A stretch of DNA of 63,418 nucleotides, counting the filler, from Octopus bimaculoides (lineage: Eukaryota), in assembly GCF_001194135.2 (NCBI RefSeq). It is 6 parts of 6 records of this genome, joined end to end, with 100 filler letters (N's around TTAATTAATTAA, not from the genome) between each part and the next. Parts side by side here need not be neighbours in the genome. Positions count along the whole stretch, not along the records: positions 1 to 30,130 come from NC_068982.1; 5 more parts are not named here. The stretch is one strand, 5' to 3'. Made by a program: the position numbers and the translations under genes. Shown piece after piece: positions 1 to 12,437 of this stretch. Below the pieces are notes generated by a model. It made no database searches. It was not told where the DNA came from and saw only the letters and a program-made list of their open reading frames with translations. Positions within the stretch are counted from its first letter, which is position 1; each line of letters begins with the position of its first letter.

Positions 1-33
<33 letters not shown>

Positions 34-334
34 CATACGTGAAGTCACTCACGCTGATGCATAGACATTAATCAGGAATCACGAGTTTCTGTGTGGCTAG
101 CCTGAGGATGTTTTGTAATAAACTGTAAAAAGCAATTCCACTTACAAAACAGAAAACGACATTTTATTGATTACACACTCCTATGGCATTAGCTTCAATG
201 AGTTATTCTGCGTACATCTATATACTATGGCAATATGACAGTAATATTTCGGACAAATGTTGTCGCTCATCGTAATGCGTCTAAGTAGTTCCATACACTG
301 TTGTGTATATGTGCGTGTATATATATAGAGAGAG

Positions 335-375
<41 letters not shown>

Positions 376-888
376 TATACACATATATATANNNNNNNNN
401 NNNNNNNNNNNNNNNNNNNNNNNNNNNNNNNNNNNNNNNNNNNNNNNNNNNNNNNNNNNNNNNNNNNNNNNNNNNNNNNNNNNNNNNNNNNNNNNNNNNN
501 NNNNNNNNNNNNNNNNNNNNNNNNNNNNNNNNNNNNNNNNNNNNNNNNNNNNNNNNNNNNNNNNNNNNNNNNNNNNNNNNNNNNNNNNNNNNNNNNNNNN
601 NNNNNNNNNNNNNNNNNNNNNNNNNNNNNNNNNNNNNNNNNNNNNNNNNNNNNNNNNNNNNNNNNNNNNNNNNNNNNNNNNNNNNNNNNNNNNNNNNNNN
701 NNNNNNNNNNNNNNNNNNNNNNNNNNNNNNNNNNNNNNNNNNNNNNNNNNNNNNNNNNNNNNNNNNNNNNNNNNNNNNNNNNNNNNNNNNNNNNNNNNNN
801 NNNNNNNNNNNNNNNNNNNNNNNNNNNNNNNNNNNNNNNNNNNNNNNNNNNNNNNNNNNNNNNNNNNNNNNNNNNNNNNNNNNNNNNN

Positions 889-936
<48 letters not shown>

Positions 937-1236
937 AAGGAAAGAGAAATCACGCGTTTGAATTTCTGTCTTCAAGTACATAGTGTATCACGAGTTTATA
1001 TGTTGCAATGTTTATCAGTCTGCGCTCAATTAGTTGGCTTCAGTGTAGTGAAAATATTTAACATTTAACGAAAATAGCAATCACGTACTCACTTTATCGG
1101 AAACATTCTTTGAAACAAGTATTTCAGCCGATCTAAAGGCAGGACGAGGGTATTTTTTTTATTTTCGTTTTCCGTTGGAGTAGGTCCTTACCATTAAAGG
1201 TTGTTCCATGAGAACCAGTATTCAAAGCATGGTCGA

Positions 1237-2185
1237 TTGTTATTTTATTGTGATCGGGTTCCAATCCCGGCCGTGGTAACTACAACCCGCTACAGTTTTC
1301 GGTTCATCATCACTGCCTCGAGATCCTGGATACATTCTGGACCAGTGTCGGCGAAAAAATTTTTTGTTGTGTAAGTATGATGAAGTTTTTCTCTTCTTAC
1401 ATCGCCATGAAGTGGGTTCCACAAGACTAATTTGGGTGCTTCCGGTTCACGGTGACGCACACATTTTGACCTGATTGTCTTGCTAAATTTCGGCAGGCTT
1501 CCATAAAAGTATTCCTTTGTCATATGTTGCTAATTTCCCAATTAGGGCCATTCGTACCATCCTTGTGCTGCAGCCACTTGTTTGATAATTTCTTTGTCAG
1601 TGCCCATATTCCACTCCAGCCGCCTCAACATTCGGGGTAATTTTTACCAAATATATACGTCATATTCGTAAAATGGAGCATGTCCAATAGGACAGAACTT
1701 CAGATGAGCCGACAGTTATGTCATCTTTCTGAAAATAACCAATAAGAAGCAATTTCTGAAGTAGTAACGACGTTTTTCTCTTCTTAAAACACAATAAAAT
1801 GTATTCAACAAGACTAATTTTGGTGCTTCCGGTTCAGGGTGACTCACACACATTGACCTGACAGTCGCAGCCATCTTTGCCTGATTTTCTTGCTAACTTT
1901 CGGTAGGTTCCCATAAAGGTATTTCCTTTGTTGTATGTTGGTACCATTTCAAAATTGTTGGCCATTCTTAGCAACCTTATGCAGTAGCCATTTAACCTGT
2001 TTGATAATTTCTTTGTCAGTGTCCATGTTCCATTTCAGCCGTCTCAACATTCGGGGTAATTGTTTACCAAATATTAACAGCATATTCGTAAAATAGAGCA
2101 TGTCCAATAGGACAGAACTTCAGATGAGCCGACGGTTATGTCATCTTTCTGAAAAATGACCAATAAGAAGCAATTTCTGAACTAG
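1237..2185 (-). mobile_element. RTE-clade LINE, 3' part of ORF2, degraded and internally duplicated
   Basis: Minus-strand peptides WALTKKL, GCSTRMVRMAL, QHMTKEYFYGSLPKFSKTIR, CVRHREPEAPKLVLWNPLHG and DTGPECIQDLEAVMMNRKL match the RTE ORF2 C-terminus pattern. Stops and frameshifts are present. 1421-1764 is repeated at 1808-2185. Confidence 0.8.
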
Positions 2186-2204
2186 CGCACATTGCTGGTT
2201 TATT

Positions 2205-2765
2205 TCGGCGCATGGATTAGTGGTGTGGGCATTCGGCTCACAATCGTAAGGTCGTGAGTTCGATAGCCAGCAGCATGTGTGTCTTTCAGCAAGTCATTTA
2301 TGTCACTTTATTCTAGTATATTTAGCTAGCCAAATCAGTAGTACCTGAATTTCAATGAGTCAGTTTTATCACATTCTTATTTCTCTATTGCCCACAAGAG
2401 GCTAAACATAGAGGGGACAAACAAGGACAGACAAAGGTGTTAAGTCGATTACATAGACTCCAGTGCGTAACTGGTACTTAATTTATCGACCCCGAAAGGA
2501 TGAAAGGCAAAGTCGAGCTCGGCGGAATTTAAACTTAGAATGTAACGGCAGACGAAATACCGCTAAGCATTTCGCTCTGCGTGCTAACGTTTCTCCCAGC
2601 TCTCTGTCTTTTATCACATTCTGTGTCACTCTGAATCACCTTGGAAACAATGTATACTGTCGGCTGTCTGTGGAGTACTCAGCTACTTGCACGTTAATTT
2701 CATGTGCAGGTTGTTCTGTTGATCTAATCACCTGAAACACTCGTCGTAGTAAACGGCGGAGTACC
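2205..2765 (+). mobile_element. Old tRNA-derived SINE (family F) interrupted by a younger SINE
   Basis: tRNA-like head near 2215-2270 (tagtggtgtgggc...gagttcgatagcc). The 3' body ctgtctgtggagtactcagctacttgcacgttaatttc at 2665-2765 matches 59555-59745. Confidence 0.65.
2378..2608 (-). mobile_element. tRNA-derived SINE family B with 14-bp TSD
   Basis: Reverse complement of the copy at 42438-42653. Flanked by direct repeat ttttatcacattct at 2364-2377 and 2609-2622. Confidence 0.9.
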
Positions 2766-2883
2766 GGTACATCTTGTCTACCTAATCAAGTAATTTTGTT
2801 TTCTTTGCCCAGAAGTAATATTTCCTGTTAGTATCTTCTACATGGTGGTATTGGTATATTTTAGCTTATTCATGTGTAAATAT

Positions 2884-2914
<31 letters not shown>

Positions 2915-3603
2915 TTTTGGATGTAAAAATCCTCAAATAATCCCAGTACTCGATCAGACGTATGTGGTTGACTGTTGTTAATAATGAATGAAATTATAAG
3001 AACTCTAAGACTCTTACCATGGTTTTAACAAGCATCGATATTATATAAACAACGCATTTGGAATAATTAGTAAGTCGTGGAAAAGTAACGTAAATATATA
3101 TAAGACTTAAGGCAGGATTTATCATCAAAGGATAAGGGAATATGAGTGAAGCATTTGGAAGAAGGCTTAATATTGTTTTCCCTATCGTCCAAACACTAGC
3201 CACGTTGGTGATTGCTGTGGGCGTTGCTGCTGCTGTTTTTTCATTTTTCCTGTTGTTTTTATTTGTTTGTTTGTTTGTTTGTTTTTTTTGTAAATAGTTT
3301 AATGGAACAGAAAGAGCTGAAAGCATTGAAGCATCGATGCATTAAAGCATTGAGGCCTTGCGTTGATGCAAAGGCTTTTTAATGAAATGAAGTCGTGTAA
3401 TACAGTGTATTGTTACTAATGTTAGAATATGGCACAGTTTGTAATACAACATGATGTAGCGTTTGGAGTACTTCCAAAATATTTCATATTTCTACTGAAT
3501 GTTGGTTTATGTCCCAAAGCTACAACAAATTCTAAATATTGCAAATACTTCCATATAATAACATCTTTGGTTTGTTCATTTCTGGTATGTTTATGCATGC
3601 ACG

Positions 3604-3635
<32 letters not shown>

Positions 3636-3668
3636 TGTGTGCGTATATAAATGCTTGTGCATGTGTGA

Positions 3669-3715
<47 letters not shown>

Positions 3716-3959
3716 ATATATATATACATATATATACATAATATGCATATGTATATATATATATNNNNNNNNNNNNNNNNNNNNNNNNNNNNNNNNNNNN
3801 NNNNNNNNNNNNNNNNNNNNNNNNNNNNNNNNNNNNNNNNNNNNNNNNNNNNNNNNNNNNNNNNNNNNNNNNNNNNNNNNNNNNNNNNNNNNNNNNNNNN
3901 NNNNNNNNNNNNNNNNNNNNNNNNNNNNNNNNNNNNNNNNNNNNNNNNNNNNNNNNNNN

Positions 3960-4149
3960 GGCGATGGCGGCGGCGGCGATGGCGGCGGCGGCGATGGCGG
4001 CGGCGATGGTGGCGGTGAATAGACTGATGGTTATTCTATAATGGTGGGCGCGAGGGTAGATTTAGTGGTCGGCGGCATGACGATGACCAAATTGACATCA
4101 GTGGTACTAGCGAAAGTTATACTGATGAGCATGCCGACGTTGACCATAC

Positions 4150-4190
<41 letters not shown>

Positions 4191-4426
4191 TAAGCAGCAG
4201 CAGCAGCAGTAGGAGAAGGAGGAGCAAAAGGAAGAGGAGAAGGAGGAGGAGGAGACGGAAGAGGAAGGGTGATAGCAGCAGCAGCAGCAGTATTAGTAGT
4301 ACTAGTAGTAGCACTAATAGGAGGAGGGGAAGGAGGGGGGAGGCATGAGGAGGCGGGAGGAAGGGTGGTAGTAGTAGTAGTAGCAGTAGTAGTAGTAGTA
4401 GTAGTAATAGTAGAAGTAGTAGTAGA

Positions 4427-4464
<38 letters not shown>

Positions 4465-4620
4465 TAGCAGTAGTATTAGTAGTAGTAGCAGCAGTAGTAG
4501 TAGTAGTAGCAGCAGTAGTAGTAGTAGTAGTAACAGTAGTAGTAGTAGTAGTAGTAGTAGTAGAAGTAGTTGTAGAAGCAGCAGCAGCAGCAGCAGCAGT
4601 AGCAGTAGTAGTAGTAGTAG

Positions 4621-4679
<59 letters not shown>

Positions 4680-4730
4680 TTTGATATTGTTGTTGGCACT
4701 GGTGATGTTGGTGATGGTAGCTGAGGTGAT
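3960..4730. repeat. Compound trinucleotide microsatellite (GGC/AGT/AGC/GGA)
   Basis: Pure and interrupted triplet runs seen directly. Confidence 0.95.
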
Positions 4731-5579
4731 GGCCTTACTATTGATAACGATATTGTTCACTTCTAGACCAGCGCTAAATCGGCAGAAGACATCCAAGCCG
4801 ACCGTAACCATCCTGTCTCCATAGGAATACACATAGTTGCATTATCAAATCTATCCTTCTAGTTTTAAGACGGAACTATGTCATTCAATGGATATTTCGT
4901 CACTATTTCTAGGAGGCACAATGCCTGCATAAAATCTTCTTCGCTGGTGTTGCTGATGTTGTGTTTTCGAATCTTTATTACAGTTGTTCATAAAACGTTT
5001 ACGGATTCTCGTACATAAACTATAGACATCAACGATGTTCATGTGAGATTTTATATATTTTTTACCCAATACAGGCAGGTAATTCTTTTCCTAAATTTAT
5101 CGAATCCGTGTCAGGTTTTGAATAAGAGCTCCTACGCTGAATTATATTATAAATGATATATATGTATTACCTTCGTTGCCATTGAGCCCTTGTGGTAAAC
5201 AAAAAAAAATCGTTATTGCAAGAAGTACCATCTCAGCAGAGTTTAAAAAATAATCTATCTTTATTTTCTGCCTGTCCGAATAAAAATGGCTAGTGGCCCA
5301 AACTCAATAACAAACCGTTACTTTCCTCTCTATCTCTGTAATTCTATGGCAAGTTAGACACACAGGAACACAGATACTCGAACACACGGAAACGCAGATA
5401 CATACATACATACAAATATACGACCCATATATACACAGAAACGCATCCATTCACACACAAACACATACGCACACAAACATACGAACATACATAAATACAC
5501 GTATTGTGACGCTATTTCCTTTCCTAGAAGCTATATATTTCGGAAGCGATGGAAAACATACTTCGGACATCGTTCAGAG

Positions 5580-5655
5580 GCAATAACATTGTAATAACTA
5601 TAACAATTGCAACGACAATAATAATAACAACGACAACGACAACAACAACAACAAC

Positions 5656-5708
<53 letters not shown>

Positions 5709-5802
5709 GAACAACGACACTGAAATGTTAAGTAGTAACGCTATCCTTAAAGCTACGACTACCACTACAATAGTAGGAATGACGATGATGATGATGATGA
5801 TG

Positions 5803-5866
<64 letters not shown>

Positions 5867-5900
5867 TACCAACCACTACAATAATGTCTGCAACAACGAC
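5580..5900. repeat. Compound (AAC/AAT/GAT)n microsatellite
   Basis: Seen directly. Confidence 0.95.
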
Positions 5901-6295
5901 ATCAACAGTAGGAATTGGTCCTGGAGCATCAACATAGACAAGTTGACGATCAAATAGCTTTCAATTTTACCTTTCATCTTTTCTAATATAAATTTTTTGC
6001 CCTTACACCTTTTCTATTTGAACAGTTCCCTTTTGCATTCTTATAAACTTACTTCTCCTTTCAAATTTCAACATTCAGCACTCTCACTCACTCCCTCTCT
6101 CTTTCTCCATCTCTCTCCCTCTCTTTCTCTCTCTCTCTCTCACTCCCTCTCTCTCTCTGTCGTTCTTTTGCACACATACAAAAATTAATTACATACACAT
6201 ACATACATCTACATAAATTCATATGCGTGTGTTGTTGGTTATGTGTATATGGGGAGTGCATCTATGTGTGTGTATGTATATAGTGTATATGTATT

Positions 6296-6348
<53 letters not shown>

Positions 6349-6359
6349 NNNNNNNNNNA

Positions 6360-6393
<34 letters not shown>

Positions 6394-6993
6394 GTAAATG
6401 TAGAACGATGGAGTGAGTGCTCAACACCGCATTGGTGGATAAATGATGCATACATGTACATACTGACATTATATATAGACACATACTAAATTTATATATA
6501 TACATGCATATATATACATATACATATATATACATACATTGGCGCAAGGGTAACTGTGTGACTAACAAATTCACTTTTGCAAGTCAGTGGGTTTACGCTC
6601 AATCCCACTTTGCAGTACCTTTGACATGTGACTTCTGCTAAGAAACGGGACCAACGCATGCCTTTGAGAGGACACGCTGTGAACATATATATATATAAAT
6701 TTGTATGTGTGTGTAATACTTCCTATATTCTTTCACTGTAAGTCGTACGTGTTATTCAGACAGCCTTTGATATCAAGAAAACCGTAGAGAAGTCGCATGA
6801 AACGTATTATAGCCTATGTCTGGCAGTCTTTAACTTCCACAGTTGTGTCCTAGTTATTCAGGCACGGAACGTTTTGATAAATAATCTCTCTTTGTGATAT
6901 ATCTAGTTGAATATGCGATCAACTGTGATGACCTTCTCTTCCGTTTGATTTTCAACTGCCTGGCAGAGCCTATGAATACACGCACGCTCGTAT

Positions 6994-7038
<45 letters not shown>

Positions 7039-7598
7039 TACACATGTGCATTGTTTCATTATACGTGTGTGTCAGTCTGTGTGCGCGTGTGTGTGTCAGT
7101 GTGTGTTTGTGTGTTTGTGTGCATGTGTGCATGTGTGTATGTAGGTATGTATGTATGTATAATTCAAAGTACACAGTTTTATCAACCGCATGCCGATCTT
7201 AGTAATCGAGTTCACAAAGACAGTGTTAAAGCAGGTTAATACATAGCAGCACGCTTTAATAACAATGCAAGCTCGTCAGAGCCGGTCGTTTGGTATGGAA
7301 AGTAATATAGCAACATCCGGTTTGTAGGAAAAAAAATGAATCTGAGCACGTGACATGTTTGGGGGAGGGGGTCATGTGCGTTGGCTCTAAATGTCACATT
7401 AGAATGTGAAAGCTACAAGAGTTTTCTGAGAATATGTGGAAGGTCAGGGATTGTTATTGATCTACCGTTGTAAATTGTGCAAGGTTTTTATATGTGTAGG
7501 TCTTTTATTTGGGCATGGAGTTGCTAGGTGGTTACCCAAAGGTTTCATCCCGTGTTAGGGCTCATATGTGTTTTTGGGAATCTTTGTATTTGTTTCAG

Positions 7599-7695
7599 AT
7601 TCTCACGATACGTTGATGAAAGAGCCGAAGGTGGAGAACTAGATGTTATATTCATGATGAAGCCCGTAGGCATTATAAAATATGTCTTATTTCAT
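7599..7695 (+). CDS. Candidate internal exon of unknown gene (FSRYVDERAEGGELDVIFMMKPVGIIKYVLFH)
   Basis: Acceptor ttgtatttgtttcag, 97 nt open in phase 2 to 0, donor cat|gtaagc. No recognised homology. Confidence 0.25.
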
Positions 7696-8058
7696 GTAAG
7701 CAAGGGCGGAAAATCTCATTCTGCGGTTTATCTGCGTGCTGAACTGTTTTAATATAGTTTTTTTCTCGGCTAAATATAATCTGCATTTTGTTCTGTTGTT
7801 AAAAGGAGCCTTGCAGTTCTGTAATCTTATCAACTTATGCTACACTTTGGGGGGACTTTCCTCTTACGGCCACACATGCCAAGCCAAGTCTGTGTAATTT
7901 CTTCTTTCGGGCTACAGAAAGGATAGCTATGGCAGTTGAGTAATTATGGCAATCTGGTCCTGAAGTAACCATTTATCACTATCTCGTAATTTCGCACTTT
8001 CCATGTTACCTCTGCTTCGTACACGCACACACACACAAACACACACACGCACACGCAC

Positions 8059-8096
<38 letters not shown>

Positions 8097-9657
8097 ATAC
8101 ATATCAAGAGACTAAGATAATAGATATACATACATTTTTGAAAAGTTTGCACGTGGTTGGAAAATCAGAGTCCCTTACTGCATTAATCGCATTTATTGAT
8201 CAATCTGATAATTGATCGAGTGAATAAAGTAGAGAACAAGCTCACTCGACTTATCTTCTTCAAATGGAAATCGCAGTGGTTGCTAGAAAGAATTTGTGTG
8301 TGCGTATGTGTTTTATGTGTGAGTGTGTGAGTGTCTTTGCGCGCGAGTAGACGTTTCTGCTTCTGTTTGTTCCCACCATTGCTTGACAACCGGTGTTCCT
8401 TTAATTCCCTGTAATATAACATTTTGGCGAAACAGAAAGACAGATTATGTACCAAACTTTTTAAAAAAATAAATACTCAATTCGAATTGCTTGACTAAAC
8501 CCTTCAAGGTGATATCCCAGCATGGTCGTAGTCCAATAACTGAAGAAAGAACAATTAATAGGTTAAAGTTATGCACACATGCGCGCGTGCATGTTTGATT
8601 TTTAAACAACTTTCGTCCACCAGGTTCAATCACAAAGCATTCATGTTACCTGGTCTCCAGAACAAAACACTTGCGGAAGGTGCCGCTAAGTAAATTCGAA
8701 CGTGAAATTCCATGATTTTCAAGCGAACTTGTTAGCCCTACAGCCTCATTTTCGTAATATTAGTTACTTTTCTTTTATAATGAAGAGGTAAATATCAATC
8801 AAATTCTACTGCAACAAACAAGGATGTTTATATTAATCGAAATTCGATGATGCTAAACCTTTCATGATATATATAGGATCTTCTATCAAGGCACTGCATA
8901 ATTATGGTGACATTTAAATCCTCGTATAATGTTAACACTTTCCTTGCACAACGTGAATTGCACCTACTCAAGCCCACAAATAGTTTAGCTTTTCTTCTGT
9001 TTATTTATTTATTTTTTTTTTTTAGGTACAACAGATACATAAATGTCTATAATGATAACTGAAAAAATGTCCAAGAATTCGTGACACTTTAAATTTCTGT
9101 CTGTCTATTTTTTAGATTTGTTTTTTACGCTCATCACATACTCACACTCACACACACACACACACACACACATAATTATATATGTATACAAATATACGGC
9201 TGTGTATGTGAGAGTGTGTTTAGAGTTTCTGTATATGTATAACGTATGTATAAATATAGGTATATTTCTTTATATATATAGATTCATATTGTTTATACAT
9301 CACACACAAACGCACACACACATACACATAGACACACACTCAGAAATACACATATATATAGGTAAATAGGTAGGTTAGTAGGTAGGTAGGTAGGTAGGTA
9401 GGTAAGTAGGTAGGTAGGTAGGTACATACATACCGACACACACATACACACACACACACACACTTATAATCTATTTCTTTCTTGTTTTTGCGATTATATT
9501 TGTGTGTACACGCACGTGTTCGCATTTATGTGTGCTCGGGTGCGGGTATGTCTATCTGTGTTTCTGCGTGACAATACCACTCATAAGATCTTCGTGGGAA
9601 AGCATCTCAAATTCATTCTGAGTGAAACAGATCAAATACACTGAGGATACTCAACGT

Positions 9658-9992
9658 GAAAACGCATGGCTCGGTGGTTAGAGCGTCGAGCTTGCGATCG
9701 TGAGGTTGTGAGTTCGAATCCCGGACCGGGCTGCGTGTTGTGTTCTTGAGCAAGACACTTCATTTCACGTTGCTCCAGTTCACTCAGCTATAGAAATGCG
9801 TTGTGACGTCACAGGTACAAAGCTGTATCGGCCTTTGCCTTTCCCTTGGATAACATCGATGGCGTGAGGAGGGGAGGTCGGTATGCATGTGCGACTGCTG
9901 GTCTTCCATTAACAAACTTGCCCGGACTTTTGCCGCGGAGGGTAACTTTCTAGGTGCAATCCCATCGTCAGTCATGACCGAAGGGGATCTCA
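9658..9992 (+). mobile_element. tRNA-derived SINE family D, near full length, 9-bp TSD
   Basis: A box tggctcggtggttagag, B box gagttcgaatccc, central cttgagcaagacacttcatttcacgttgctccagttcactcagct. TSD actcaacgt at 9649-9657 and 9993-10001. Confidence 0.85.
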
Positions 9993-10149
9993 ACTCAACG
10001 TATTTAACTTCCAAGTAGTTGCATATTCGTCGAAGCTCAGATTCGAACGTGAAAATAGTTGAGTTAAATGCAGATTGTGTGTTATTCGATTTAAAGGAAA
10101 GATTTGTGTTAATACAGTTCAGGCGACTTCTGAAACATATTCTTTTTTT

Positions 10150-10272
10150 TTTATTCATTTGACTCTGGCCATGCTGGAGCACCGCCATAAATGCCGTTTT
10201 AGTCGAAGGGCTTATTCTTTGTAATCCTAATACTTATTTTATCGGTCTATTTTGACAAACTGCTAAATCATA
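10150..10272 (-). mobile_element. SINE family A, 3' fragment
   Basis: catttgactctggccatgctggagcaccgcc is the reverse complement of the family A tail at 36340-36385. Confidence 0.75.
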
Positions 10273-10720
10273 AGTGCGTGTGTGTGTTTTGTTTGTATAT
10301 GTATATGTGCGTTTGTATCGCGCTCGCGCCCCCGTGTGTTTGTAGCAACATCACCGCCACAAATGTTGAAGGGATACTCCCTTGAGTCTCAACTAAGTTT
10401 TCTTCAGATTTAATATTAATAAGGGGTCGTATTAGTTTGTGGTTCTGAAAAGTAGATCCGTTTTGAGTATGCACTATGTGGAGAGTATTCATTTACCAGG
10501 AGAGATCATCACTGATAGTGAAGTCACGTGATTATTATGACCTTCAGGATTCTAATTATGAAGTGTCTGTCTTTGAGAATGGGGTATTACAATGTATTCT
10601 TGATTGATGCGGCTATATTATTTTCTAGTATTGAATAAGAGATGATTAGTATGAGTATATTGTGAAGTTTTTGGTTGTAGAGTCGGTGTCGATTTTATGT
10701 GAGATATTTCGGTAATATGT

Positions 10721-11018
10721 GGAGGCGCAATGGCCTAGTGGTTATGGCAGCGGACTCGCGGTCGGAGGATCGTGGTTTCGATTCCCAGACCGGGCGTTGT
10801 GTGTGTTTATTGAGCGAAAACACCTAAAGCTCCACGAGGCTCCTGGCAGGGGGTGGTGGCGACTCCTGTTGTACTCTTTCGCCCCAACTTTCTCTCACTC
10901 TTTCTTCCTGTTTCTTGAGTAACGCTGCGATGGACTGGGGGGAACACATATGCCATAGAAACCGGGAAACCGGGCCCATGAGCCTGGCTAGGCTTTGAAA
11001 GGGCGACGTTTATCGTTT
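10721..11018 (+). mobile_element. tRNA-derived SINE family C, full length, 16-bp TSD
   Basis: A box tggcctagtggtt, B box gtttcgattccc. TSD tatttcggtaatatgt at 10705-10720 and 11019-11034. Second copy at 20825. Confidence 0.9.
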
Positions 11019-11049
11019 TATTTCGGTAATATGTTGTGGAAGTTTGAGT

Positions 11050-11475
11050 TTTATTTATTTATTTTATTTTATCTAGTTTCAGCTCACGTGCTGTGGCCAT
11101 GCTGGGGCACCGCCATTTGGTATTGCTACATAATTTTACTTCACGAATGCTTTTTAGGAATTGACATTTGGTGCATGAGAGAGTTTGATGCAGCTGCCCT
11201 CATCTGCGCCTCCTGCCGTGAAGTTGGTTCATCTGGGAGACTTGACAGGAAGAGGTCCAGCTTTATTTTAAAGACACCTACAGCCACCCCATGCATGTCT
11301 CTCAGGTTCTTCGGGAGGATATTGAAGAGCTGTGGACCTCTAAAGCCCAGGCTATTGCAGTATCTTGTCCTACATCTTGATGGAAAATTTGGAGTCCTTG
11401 GCACTATGAAGTGGCACCCAGTTCTAGTATTTGCGTAACTCGCGATGCCAAAGTTTGGGACAAGTCCTGAGTATG
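11050..11475 (-). mobile_element. CR1-group LINE 3' end with 3' UTR and A-rich tail
   Basis: Minus peptide GLVPNFGIASYANTRTG, then RTRYCNSLGFRGPQLFNILPKNLRDMHGVAVGVFKIKLDLFLSSLPDEP. Same family as 43450-43680. Ends in taaaataaaaataaa. Confidence 0.8.
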
Positions 11476-12264
11476 GAAGATTAGAGAGGAATGAACAGCG
11501 GTATCTTTTGACATTGGCGGTTGTTGGACGTAAGAGTAATTAGGCTGTAGATGTGTATTACGATCGCCGTGTTACAGAGAAAAGTAAAACCTTGGCTCAC
11601 ACAATAATTCATAGGATTGGATCGCAAGAACCTGAATCTAAAGAAGCTGAAATTTTGTGATCAAAGATAAAAATTCTGTCATAATGTATTCGAGAAAAGA
11701 CTTGTTGAGTCTATAGGCAAACAATTTGAAAATCGTTTCGCCAGCTACTCTCTGGCGAAATGTTTATTCTTTCAGTAAATTTGTCTGGAGAAGAGACCAC
11801 TGTCAATAACAGAATATGTTTCCAGTAGATCTAGATTTACAAAATTTGTACTGTTAGTTATTAATAACGAGAAGCAATTCAAGGGTTAGAAAATGATATT
11901 ATTAATTGCCGTGTTTTATACATTTAGGGCGTTGACATGGAGTGCAATGCGATGATGCTTGTAAAGGTCAGAGTTGTTAACATTCTTGGAATGGCAAGAC
12001 AGCAGCAGAGTTCCAAAGCTCGGAATAAAGTCCAAGAGAAAGAGAATGCAATCCTTCAATTCATGATTATTTCAGGTCATTCATTGGTTCAAGGAACTTC
12101 TGACAGCGCCAATACCTGTTAAGTGTCCAGCCTGACGTAAAGGATTTCTCTCACATTTATTTTTCCTTCTTTAAGGAAAATAAATGCGTGCATTTGAAAC
12201 TATGTACGTATATATATATGTGTGTGTGTGTGTGTGCGCGCACGCGTTTGAGTGTGTGTGAGAG

Positions 12265-12298
<34 letters not shown>

Positions 12299-12423
12299 AC
12301 AAAACAGTCTTAATTCACACATGTAACTACCAATAAATATGATAAGTGACCTGCTTTCGTTTGTCGAGTCACTCGTGTATGTATGTATGTGTACATGTAT
12401 GAATATATATATATATATATATA

Positions 12424-12437
12424 AGATCGGAAGAGCG
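12424..12437 (+). other. Illumina adapter remnant at contig end
   Basis: AGATCGGAAGAGCG immediately before an N gap; matches the standard TruSeq read-through prefix AGATCGGAAGAGC. Confidence 0.9.

Noticed and set aside
181-981. ORFs of 200-400 aa spanning N runs (also 12310, 13180, 38759, 40345, 45575)
   Set aside because: Open only because N codons cannot be stops.
4031-4832. Long poly-Thr/Val/Leu ORFs (also 53608-54653, 60049-61035, 19102-19560)
   Set aside because: Translations of trinucleotide microsatellites that are open on both strands, with no splice or homology support.
8624-8690. FN3-like exon VQSQSIHVTWSPEQ
   Set aside because: The DNA aligns to the reverse complement of a decayed family A SINE head (acacttgc..aaggtgcc), and the frame stops after 21 codons.
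9641-9665. CTGAGGA...GAAA hammerhead-like string
   Set aside because: Spans the TSD and junction of a SINE insertion and lacks helix III and a cleavage triplet.
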